A DNA stretch of 63,874 nt, counting the filler, from Choristocarpus tenellus KU-1152 (lineage: Eukaryota; Protista; Phaeophyceae): NCBI GenBank assembly GCA_964200185.2. It is 9 parts of 9 records of this genome, joined end to end, with 100 filler letters (N's around TTAATTAATTAA, not from the genome) between each part and the next. Parts side by side here need not be neighbours in the genome. Positions count along the whole stretch, not along the records: positions 47,010 to 55,483 come from CAXNAD020004670.1; positions 55,584 to 60,347 come from CAXNAD020013149.1; positions 60,448 to 63,874 come from CAXNAD020020103.1; 6 more parts are not named here. The stretch is one strand, 5' to 3'. Made by a program: the position numbers and the translations under genes. This document shows positions 53,901 to 63,874 of the stretch, piece after piece (positions within the stretch are counted from its first letter, which is position 1; each line of letters opens with the position of its first letter). The notes beneath the pieces were generated by a model, which did no database searches, was not told where the DNA came from, and saw nothing but the letters and a program-made list of their open reading frames with translations.

Positions 53901-55062
53901 AGGTCAGAGATGAATTGAACAGACAGAAACTCAAAATAAACCAAGTTGCTGGGGGGGGGGGGTTCACTTCCCATACCTTTTTTCCTCGCTCTAGAATTAA
54001 GTCTAGCTCCGTGTCTGCTCCCTCCACTTCTGTTCTCAATTTCTTTTCAGTGGTCAAACCCATCTCCCAATCCAATAATCACTACCGCTGGCATATAATG
54101 AACCAGGAAAACATTGTCAGGTCTGCGGCAGGAAGGAGTGCCAAACAACCACTGTAGTAAGCCCTGCCCCCGCTGTCAGCCAACAAACACTCAAAACACA
54201 AGAGAAAATAATAAGGATTTCTCTATAGCTTGACATACAGATATTCCTGCCCTGCAGCCTCTGTAGCGGTGGTGAAACATACCTTCTTGGGTGTCCTGCA
54301 CGACTGAATGGTCCAGCAAATACAGAATTGGACACTGGGCGGAACTGCCCCACCACTGCAACCCGGTCACCGCCTCCCTCACTCATTTTGTAATCATTGC
54401 CGCCACCACCGCCACCACCGCCACCACCGCCACCACGAACTGCTCTTCCCCTGAGCCCAGCTTTGACCTTCCCCCCCGATCTCATCCCTGGTCTGGCCAC
54501 TGATTTTGTCTCCCCAACAACTACATCTGCGGAGAAATCCAAAAGCATGAATTTTGTCTTGACAGCAGAACTGGTTTGACTTGAAGATTCTTCTGTGCCA
54601 AAACCCACACTGCTGTTGCTGCCGCTGCTACCTCCATAATATCTGTCAGAATACTGACTCGCCTCATATAGCAACGGCATTCTCTTCCCCATTGCGTCTG
54701 CTGCATCAACACCCTCTTCAGCGTCAGGGAGGTGCAGAACCAGGAAGGTGGAGGGGGGCACTCCAGCAGCTCTGACTGCCCGCAACCGTGCCTCACTGCT
54801 TAGTAAGAAGCGAAGGCAAGCAGGGTATAGGTATGGGTGATGGCGAGTTCCACTGTTGATGACCCCCGGAGCAGTATTTGGAGCACCTCCTCTCCCATGC
54901 CCACTCCTGCTCTCACCATTGCTGTTACCCACATTTTCCTCTGTCTTGTTGCTTTCAGCTTTCCCACCAGACAGCCAGACGCCAACAATGGGGGTCTTGG
55001 AGGAGAGTGGATCTCCATCTGAAAGCAAGACTGCACGCCTTCCCTCATTCAGGGAAAGGAGA
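50938..55062 (-). CDS. STIL: STIL/SAS-5/Ana2-like centriole assembly protein (5' partial, final exon uncertain)
   Basis: Exons 55062-54283, 53857-53662, 53442-51400 and 50993-50938 are phase-consistent. They encode a STIL_N-like block (LLSLNEGRRAVLLSDGDPLSSKTPIVGVWLSG..HPYLYPACLRFL..FLVLH), a coiled coil (LSPEARAFLVEQQRQLAHLSEQLRNLQ) and a C-terminal VPRIEY..IGLIESKYL. Confidence 0.78.
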
Positions 55063-55614
55063 CTGGCAGAGAGAGGCACAGCAGAAGGTCACGACCCACA
55101 AGTGTGAAGTTTGCCCACCAAGCGGTTTGCCGAAGAATTTGACAGAGAGGCCAACAAGGTGAAGAGGTCAATATGTAGTGAGGAATTTCATGAGGGGTGG
55201 AATTGATTGAAATTGAAAGAGGTGTGGATGTATAGTGGAAGGTTCAGGCTAAACAGCAACGGCAATGTGCTGATTCGCGCAACCTCTGGACTGAGGAATG
55301 GTGGATACCAACCAACACAAGTAACTGTGGGAATAGAAAATGTCGTACAGAAGAGAGAGTATTTCACGCTTTTGCCTGTTGCGGAGTCTCTACCCCCACC
55401 CATTTTGCTGAGTATCCCTCCCAACTCCCAAGATTCTTCAGAAACAAGAACGTCGGAAGTCATGCCAACCTTTGAAGGGGGGGNNNNNNNNNNNNNNNNN
55501 NNNNNNNNNNNNNNNNNNNNNNNNNNNTTAATTAATTAANNNNNNNNNNNNNNNNNNNNNNNNNNNNNNNNNNNNNNNNNNNNGAATCCCCCCCCCCCCC
55601 CCCCCTGAAAATAG

Positions 55615-56535
55615 ACTGAAAATGAGGACCTCCAGCGTCACGAGGACATCCTTGAGGTTGCCCCAGATCCGATCTTTGCCTTCAATGCAATGTCGGGGCA
55701 GGTTTGGTTCGCAAGTAATTCTGCAGTTGCTCACTTTGGTCTACAGCTCTCAGATCTCACCGCTGGGTCCTTCTTTGATCTCATGACCAATGACTGTTCC
55801 AAGAGGCTTCGAACTCTAATTGAAAACGTGGCAAGCTCAATCCCGGAGAAGGAGAGTGTCCTCCTGAAGGAGGTATGTATGTAAGACTGAAGATTTTCTG
55901 TTTAGGTTCAAATAGGTACACTACACAATGGAGGATTAGATTGGCTGTGAACCCTCTCTTTCCTGTACCCCTCCCTAGTTTTTTGTTGTTACTGGGTTGT
56001 CGCTACAGATGGGGGGTTGTGAGGGGAGTGGACTTTCTGGGATTTTTTTATTCTTTCCATTTTTTTTGTTGTTGGCTGTTCCCATGTCCTTTCTTATCAT
56101 CTCGAGACCTCCCCTCTCCTTGTGCAGTGGGAGAGGAATATTGGAACACATCAATAGGAATCACATTATTAACCTAACATTTTTGTATAATATGCAGTAT
56201 TTAATTGGTGTTCAAATGAGGAAAAGTTAATGGAAGGTTGTGGGGATGAGTCAAGAGATTTCTGGTCTTCTATTCGGGAGAGGCTCTCTTCTCCCCCCCC
56301 TCACACTCTACTCTGTCTATACATGCGGATCACCCTAACCCTAAGTTTTGGAAGAACCAACTCTTATACATTGCTGAGGATGGTTTGATTAGTCATAAAT
56401 GCAACTGATGACACTTTTTTTTTTTTCTCTTACCCCTAGCGGCTTCAGGAAGTATTCAAAACATGTTGATTCAGGTAACAACCGACTTCAGGAAGTATTC
56501 AAAACATGTGGCAGCTCTTGTCCTCTGCCTAACCC

Positions 56536-56583
<48 letters not shown>

Positions 56584-56608
56584 ACACCCCGGGCCCGCCC
56601 TCTCCCCC

Positions 56609-56639
<31 letters not shown>

Positions 56640-58386
56640 ACTCCTTCCTTTACCTGTTCTGCCAACTCCTTTTTGGGTCTTGTGCAGCGCATGACAGTTC
56701 GATTCAAGAAAAGGAGACAGACAACACTCCTTGGAGAGCTGAGCGGTCGTCTCACCCGGGAGGGCACCTCAATCACTGCAGTTTGCAGTGTTCGACCACT
56801 TTCATTGATGTTCGAGGACAGTGTTCCCAAGGTGTGCTCTCCATTTCCTTTGGCATGCTTCCTTGTAGTGTTGCAATGTCGTCCTTCAACGGCATGCCCT
56901 GGTGTAATACCAACTCCCTTGCTTGCTATAGCTGGGGCTGGCATCTGTAGGTTGTCCTATATGCTGCCCTGCATGTTTATCTACCTCTGATATGTGGGGA
57001 AGACCTTCAACTTGAGTTGGACTGTTTCACCTTGATGCACTCCTTCCAGACTTTCATAGAGTATTAGACGAGGAGGATATAATTTTATTTTTGTTCCCCT
57101 CACATACGTGAAAGAGAGGTTCCTCCTACTCAATGCCTACATGGTTGGTCTTAAAAAAAAATCGCTTCAATTGTGTATTGTGGTATGATTTCTGCTTTTC
57201 TGATACCAAAAACTAACATGTATGCATACATATATATATGCATATTGATGTATGTAGTAAAATTATATCGTGTGATTGACAAGAATGGCCAAAATATATA
57301 CATTTTTCTGAAGTTCCCTTTGTTTTTTGTTTTAATATTTACTTTTGTGCACTGTAGGGATACTGTGGTGACAACAGTACAAGTGACATGGCCGAGGATG
57401 ACGGCCCTGATCATGGCAGCGGTGGGGAAGAGAATCAGATCATGAGCAGCAGTTACAACACCACTCTTGAGACCACAAGGGCGTCGGCGGAGTTATCTTG
57501 TCATAAGGCCGACTGCAGTGGAAACAGCAGTGGCAATGGGAGTGGTACTGGGAGTGGAAGTGGCACGGGGAGCACCTCCCTTCCAGACGAGGCCTCATCC
57601 ACTTTGTCCAGCTTTTCATCTCTGGATATGCCTGAGGCAAGTGGCTACAGTGATTCAATATCTTCAGGTGGTAACGAGGGGGATGATGAGAACCTCACGG
57701 ACAGTGAGGGAGACGAGAAAGGGGCAGGGAGTAGTGGTGCCCCTAACAGAACCAGCGACAGTGGCGGAGAGGATAGTATGAACACTGCCGAGCAACCTAA
57801 GCAGCAGAGGTCTAAGGGAAGTCGAAAGGGTGAGGAAAAGGCCAGGGGTCACAAGCGCAAGAGGGTCCAGATGAACAAGGATGGCAAGGGAGTATCCCCA
57901 TCATCGGGCTGTCGTCAAGTGAAGCCCCCAGTGCCTCCTCCCACGGCCGTGGAACCCTCGAAGGAAAAGGTCCCCGATGGTGAGAGAACAGCTCAAGATA
58001 CTGGTGGCAACGGGGGAGGTGGAGGGGGTAAAAAGAGACAAGTGGTTTCAGCCCCGACTAAGCCATCTGCTGCAGAGGTGTTGCCGACCGCTACAACTGG
58101 CGGGAAGAAAGTTGATAGTGGGGGAAAGGGTGCATTATCAGGCAAGGCGCCATCATCGGCCAATTCCTCATGCACTGCAGCTGTGTCATCAGACTCTGAT
58201 GCTAAGGCAGCCGCAGGGCTGGAGCCGGCCGTAAGCACGCCTTCTACAGGTGTGGGGAAGAAAGAGGAGGAAACAGTAATGAAGGAGGGAGTGGTGGAGT
58301 TGGTTGGACTGACCGCGCCAGAGTCAAGTGGTGCGATTGTGGCAGAAGTTACTAGTTGTCCACCAGCAACAAAGTCACAGGATTGA
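55615..58386 (+). CDS. PAS-domain protein, probably the 3' part of a bZIP-PAS transcription factor
   Basis: Exons 55615-55872, 56688-56831 and 57358-58386 (all phase 0) give TENEDLQRHEDILEVAPDPIFAFNAMSGQVWFASNSAVAHFGL..SFFDLM../RMTVRFKKRRQTTLLGELSGRL..AVCSVRP (PAS plus PAC). A long S/G/acidic tail with HKRKR follows. Confidence 0.75.
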
Positions 58387-60129
58387 ATCCCTCCCCTCCA
58401 TTTGGTGAGGATTTTTGACATGTAGAGATTTCATTTGGTTTGCTAGGGATATTCTGGTGGTGGTTCGTGTATGTGTCTGTGTCTGTGTGTTATGAGGCAT
58501 CATGTATTGAGGGGAGAAGGGGTGGGGAACTCCCTTGTGGTGGTGGTGTGCGCATTGAACTAATTTGCCTTCCATAACGGATCACTTTATTTTCTATGGA
58601 ACCAACGATATGTATTTTTGTTTTTACTAGGTTCTATTAGTACCATTGTTAGGAGTAGTTCCTGGTGCCCTTTTTTTCATCCCTCAAATAGCCCTTCTAT
58701 GTGTGATGCGTGATGCTCAGCTAGTTGCCTGGAAGGGAAAGCTGTTCGTTTGAGAGTGATGCTGTGTATACAGCTTTAGGGATTTGGTGATGCTTCATAC
58801 AATACAGTACAGTACTGAAGAGAAAACCTGCAGAATATAGCCTATTTTCGAGTAGAAGTACTAACTTAAATAGTTCCTTGATATTTTTCTCATTAATAAG
58901 TCCTATCTGTTGTGTGTAAGTCCGATTGAGCAAAGAGTAGTCAGGTGTTGCTCTTGTTGTTCACTATTGATACTTACAATGTCAAATAAGCATTCAAGAT
59001 ATGCTGTGAGGAATAATGAGGAATAATACTCTGTCATCACAAGAAAAAAACGAAAGTTTCCAAGACATGTGCTGAGGTGCCTCAATGTGGAGTCATAGTC
59101 AGGTCGAATCGATGATGGCCATTTGTGCTGATGACTGGACAATTGGACGGATGTGGATGCCACGATCTACTTCCATTTGCTCTGTAGGGCCTGAACGAAT
59201 CCTTCGTAATATTTTTGAAGGTGTCTAAGTGATACTACTTGTTCATAGTAGGAGGTAATACAAGTGATGCACATTTGGAGGGTCTCCGATCAAGTGAGTT
59301 GTGGAGGATTGTCAATTTTTTGTTGCTTTGGTTGGTCTCATACATCGGGTCACATTCATGTGTTTATCGTGTGTTTAGTTTCAATATCTTGTGACTGTTG
59401 TACACTCTACACCTACCTCTTTCGTTTGAAAAGACTTGGATAAGTGCGTTTTTCAGTTTACATCGGCCTGCTAGGCGTCCATATGCTGCGAGGACCGAGT
59501 CTCACACAGAGAGTAGAGAACAAGTACTGCAGTCTATATGGTAATCTATTATTGGTTGGAGATGCGTCCTACATCATAGAAGAACAAAGAATGGTACACA
59601 TTTCGTGTAGCTCCTACACCACACCACTCTCTCTCATGGCGCAGGGTTATATCAATTGCCCCACACATACACGCTTGATTCTCAAGTCTTTTGCCTCTCC
59701 ATTGTATTGCCGCAACGGGACTGAGCACTTTGTGGGAGTATGTAATAATATCCATCCCTACTTATCAATCTTACCAATATTGCGTAATAGTAACACTTCG
59801 AGGTAGTACATACACATACATACGACACACATCTCCCTTATCATGGATGCCTGGATTAAGATTCTGTGCCTATACTTCAATGGACAATTAAAAAACATAC
59901 TGCGTATACGGTATGAAGGTGAAACTGGCGAAGTTGTGACACCTAAGAACCCCTTCACATTGATTGGGTGATAAATGGAGTGACCAGAACCTGACTCACA
60001 TATTCAATTTACAACTCCGTAATATTATGTTATTATGCCCTCTGACATTTTGCAGATGTGTCAGGGTGGAAACCAATGAAAACTATACATATGTCGTTAT
60101 TTGCCCTAAAGAAATAAAATATCCTAAAT

Positions 60130-60347
60130 ATAAGAACACTATAAAACATTGTTAGTGTGGAAACCACTAATTTATCAGTTACTTCCCCAATATAAAATAT
60201 TGTACTACTGTCGTCCTTTGCTTCCTATCTACCTACTCCTGCACCCTGGGGGGGAAGCTAGGGAGGCATCCCAAGAATCCAACAGACCCCTCCGTGCCCA
60301 TCTCCCTGGTGACTCTAGTTTGAAGTGCATGACACGTCGAGACAATG
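60130..60347 (-). mobile_element. Second copy of the CRE-like 3' end, cut by the contig end
   Basis: GCTAGGGAGGCATCCCAAGAATCCAA..CCCATCTCCCTGGTGA..GCATGACACGTC aligns to 20658-20745. Confidence 0.85.
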
Positions 60348-60447
60348 NNNNNNNNNNNNNNNNNNNNNNNNNNNNNNNNNNNNNNNNNNNNTTAATTAAT
60401 TAANNNNNNNNNNNNNNNNNNNNNNNNNNNNNNNNNNNNNNNNNNNN

Positions 60448-60526
60448 CCAAAATTACATCAAAATCGCAACATTGGAATTTGGTCCCCAAATGGACGTGG
60501 CGCTACCCTCTAAGATAGTTTGGCTC
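60448..60526 (+). mobile_element. MITE family B, right-end fragment at contig start
   Basis: CCAAAATTACATCAAAATCGCAACATTGG...TACCCTCTAAGATAGTTTGGCTC matches the family B 3' end. Confidence 0.8.
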
Positions 60527-60991
60527 CTAATTGGGCACAACAACACAACGCGGGAATCCACGGTTACGAAGGATCACGAAATTGGCGGCGCAAAACAGTA
60601 GTGAGATACAACAGTCGGTGATGTACATGCATTATTAACACACAATCGGACTGTGGTAAATAAAGAGACGTGGGGGTAGCGACCGCAGTGCTGCACACAG
60701 AGAGACCCCGCAACATTCCACCGGTTCAATGGCGTGCGCCACTGAAAAGATACAACGTATCTATCCGTTCGGGGCATTGGATGGAAACCAATCTTATGCT
60801 ATTAATTACACTCCACCCTACACGTGTACCGTTACAACTACATTACTCACCGAGATGTAGGTGGAGGATTGCATTCAGTACAGCAAATGCCCGCGTTCCA
60901 CCCTCCCTCTTCGTTTTGCATTTCTTTAGATGCACCAGGAACACTGCCGACAGAACCCCCTTCGCCCGCATCCTCCCTGTCTGGCAGTCCG

Positions 60992-61055
60992 TTCCCTCCG
61001 ACGTCTTCGTTCCCTCCGACGTCTTCATCCCCTCCGATGTCTTCGTCCCCTCCCT
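60992..61055. repeat. 18-bp minisatellite, about 3.5 copies
   Basis: T(T/C)CCCTCCGA(C/T)GTCTTC(G/A) repeated. Confidence 0.9.
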
Positions 61056-61467
61056 TGTCTTCTCTCTCACGGTCATTTGATGCCGATCCAAAAGACCTTT
61101 CAACTTCTGCGCTGCCGCCATCACAGCCCCGCCCGCTGTGGACCTGATAGAGGTTGACCCGGTTGAGTACATCCTGGTATTTACCATCCCAGGTGGTGAG
61201 GCAAGTGCGTAGAGACGAGTCCTTCTCGATAATCTAGTAGTGGGGACGGCGGGGGACGTCGTTGAGGAGAGGAGGGGACGATGGTGACGTAAAAAAATGG
61301 GAGAGCATAATGGAAGTACGTGTCAATCGGGCAGGGCAAACGATATGGTTGGCGTGGTGAACGTGTTTAATGGAGGCGGCTTGCGGGGCGAAATAGTTTG
61401 AAACAAGTCAATGTCGAGGACGCCAATCATATACATTTTTTTTCAGTGACGCGTATTGGAGGCAGAA

Positions 61468-61731
61468 GAGTCAAAGTGTAATAGAAAATAGAGCTTCGTC
61501 CAATTGGGGGTCAAAAGACAATGTTGTGATTTTGATGTAATTTTGGCTATCGTTTTTGTTAGGAAGTGTCAATATCTATGTTTCGGACACACCTTCCATA
61601 ACGTACACATTTAACCTACTCCGAAGCATAGACATTGACGGAAAATGTCATAAGAAAACCCATGGGAAGCTAATCCCCACAAATAATGAACAAACAGGGA
61701 AAAATTCCTACCCTCTAAGATAGTTTCACTC
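61468..61731 (-). mobile_element. MITE family B (Sola2-like), inverted copy
   Basis: Reverse complement of family B, with GAG...CTC termini and TSD AGAA (61464-67 / 61732-35). Confidence 0.85.
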
Positions 61732-61906
61732 AGAAACGAAGTGGAGATTGACCAAGATCGTTTTCTATAGTGGAAGAAAACGATTTGCTATTCTCGCTAT
61801 TAGCAACGAAAGACTAGGACTGACAAAACTGCAAAGTTTGTAGTATGGAAGGCAACCTTGTCGCCACAGAATCACGAAGAAGATCCGCAACCAATCCTAC
61901 CAAGCA

Positions 61907-63768
61907 TCAACTATTTTTTTCGGTACAAGCCATTTCAGCTGTAGTTACGAACATGGGAGGAACACTCACGGCTCTGATCCGTTGCAGAGGTTTCATTTCG
62001 ACAATCGTGGAGATGTTTGCCCTCAGTTGGCGGACGGGCCCCGCCTGTTGGTCGCCAGATGAAGCCTTCTGCAGAAGTTGGGCCACCTCCGCCTTCCTCT
62101 CCTCATAGTGGCGCTTGACCCAGAGCTCGTGCATATCGCACTTCTTGTATGCGAGCCTGTCCATTTCCCTGGTAGCATCATTCACGTAACGTCCGGAATT
62201 AAGGGTGATTTTGCAATAATCAATGAGTGCGGTGCAGAAAAAGACGCTGATGGTGTATTTTACGATGCAGGGGCACATGGCGACGTATGGGTGCGCAGGA
62301 GATACGAAAAGGAAAAACAAAATACTCAACACCAACTGCGCAATTTACCGACCTTTGGAGCTCTGATGTCCACTTCTCCTTGGGCACAATCTGCCTGGTG
62401 CGCGAGATAAGCATCTCAGACATGTGCGCGTCCGATTCGATCTCCTTGTGGTCCCTCGCTGTAGGAGCCTTCCCGTAGAACGACTTGTATCTGCTAAAAT
62501 AGAATTGCCACGAAGGGCGTCAAGGGGAACGATGCGCAGGTTATGAAGAGGAAAGGGTCGCCACTGCAGCAAATATCCATCACTCGACTGTCGTACTTCC
62601 TAAAAGACAAGAGCGTAATTCTACAGGCAACACGCACTGTAGAATTATCAGAATACTACGAAGAAATTTTCGTATGTACAAAACAATGGCCGACCAAATT
62701 CTTCATCGTAGGAGACACTTCTTTCACGCTCCTATGCAATGTGCTGCGACCTGCATAAACTGTGCTTACTGCTGCCTACACGATAAAACACGATGGCGTT
62801 TTGACTTGCCTAGCAAGCAGTTGGATGCATAGCCCCTGCTTGAGAGAAGTGAAGCCGGCAAACTCCTCGGTCGTCAGATAGTTTAGGAGGATTGCATTGC
62901 GGTCAATCGTTGGCGACGAGGACTCACACACTTCCTTCAGTACCTCGAAGGACTCTGGTTGCAGGGAGTTTACGCCTTGCTGCCATTTTCGTAGAGTTGA
63001 CTTCGACGGGGCAGTAACGCCCACCTTCGCGATGGGCAGAAAACGGAAAACATTATGCACACAGCCAGCGAGGATGAGGCACCGTCATTACCATACCAAC
63101 TTTGTATATATATATGTGTGTGGGGAGGTGGGTGGGTTTCAGGCAACACCGTCAATAAAACAATAAAGAAATAATTTTTATTGCACGTCTGCGGTTAACC
63201 ACACATACATACTACATGGTCACCCGAATGTCAATAAGTTGGTTGACAGGGTATCTAAACGTGGGATAACTATCTCAACTTAGGTTGTATAGTTCGACAC
63301 AGGGATATCTCGCAACAGCTGTAACCCAACTAGAAGAGGAGTAGAGTGCGACAATCCCACCAATCTCGACAACTCTCTCACCTTCTGGTACATTTTGTGG
63401 ATATCTCCTAGTGACATTTCTTTCTTCTTCCTCTGTCGCTTTATAGCTTGTTGGAGCTTGTGCTGAAAATATATCTTATCGTATAACGTGCGCTCAACCA
63501 CACTCTCTGTCTTGTCGTTGAATACTATAAGCATAGCGGTGCAGTGGGCGAACGGGACAAGGGTTAGGTGGGGAGCGATTGCGGGACACACGCGGCCTGC
63601 GGCACCGAGAAACATGTTTCTGTGGACAGGAATACCACGAGGGATAAAAAAGATGAGCAAAGAAGAGATCCACAATGGGCTGACTGACAATGAACATAGC
63701 AAGGGAAACTCGACAACAACTTCGTATATCAGAATAGTCATCAGGTGATCACGGAACAACGAAAACAC
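61907..63768 (-). other. Fragmented or spliced unknown protein-coding region, interrupted upstream by MITE A
   Basis: Minus-strand ORFs 63280-63768, 62776-63060 and 61907-62335 with helical, charged, protein-like composition. No confident family assignment. Confidence 0.4.
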
Positions 63769-63874
63769 TCAACTTACTTCGGTGCTTGGTTGATCAGAAC
63801 GGTCAGGCGATTATGGGTCAAAGTATCTGGGAGGGGGTGGCGGCTGTCCATTTGGGGTCAATTTTTTCATGTCG

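Noticed and set aside
53863-54075. Additional STIL exon (DWEMGLTTEKKLRTEVEG..)
   Set aside because: An in-frame TGA lies just upstream and I found no phase-compatible acceptor. The flanking exons already join in phase without it.
55615-58386. Aureochrome or LOV photoreceptor
   Set aside because: The PAS domain has no NCRFLQ flavin-binding motif.
51657-58421. Many overlapping antisense or alternate-frame ORFs and poly-Pro/poly-Gly ORFs
   Set aside because: They are shadows of real GC-rich exons or translations of intronic C/G homopolymer runs.
18074-60447. Regularly recurring TTAATTAATTAA palindrome as a biological repeat or array
   Set aside because: It is always embedded in N44 on both sides, so it is an assembly concatenation linker. 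ORFs ending in 'XXXLIN' are artefacts.
1-63874. A multi-gene system spanning the window (e.g. STIL, PAS and PH genes as a cluster)
   Set aside because: These genes are on different, artificially joined contigs, so their co-location carries no information.

Overview
Eukaryotic draft-genome sequence, most likely a brown alga or related ochrophyte. This is an inference from the GT-AG intron-rich genes, the stramenopile-type H4 motif [14 protein letters not shown] and a probable bZIP-PAS factor. The window is not one locus: nine unrelated contigs are joined by artificial 100-bp N44-TTAATTAATTAA-N44 linkers, so adjacency across linkers has no biological meaning. Spliced host genes that can be reconstructed are LSM12 (+), RPB11 (-), a PH-domain membrane protein (-), the last exon of DDX31/DBP7 (+), a STIL/SAS-5/Ana2-like centriole gene (-) and a PAS-domain, probably bZIP-PAS, factor (+). 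There is also tRNA-Cys, a degenerate tRNA-Trp and a histone H4 pseudogene. The rest is transposon debris: copia, gypsy, CRE-clade LINE, pogo/Tigger, two related MITE families (one Sola2-like with 4-bp TSDs, one with 3-bp TSDs) and a foldback element. A decayed multi-exon gene with a ParB-like NGQHR motif lies next to a 160-bp tandem repeat. The most notable observations are (1) a STIL-like protein with N-domain, coiled-coil and STAN-like motifs in the animal order, in a non-animal, (2) a hairpin repeat shared between CRE LINE 3' ends and a non-coding element, and (3) the paired MITE families.
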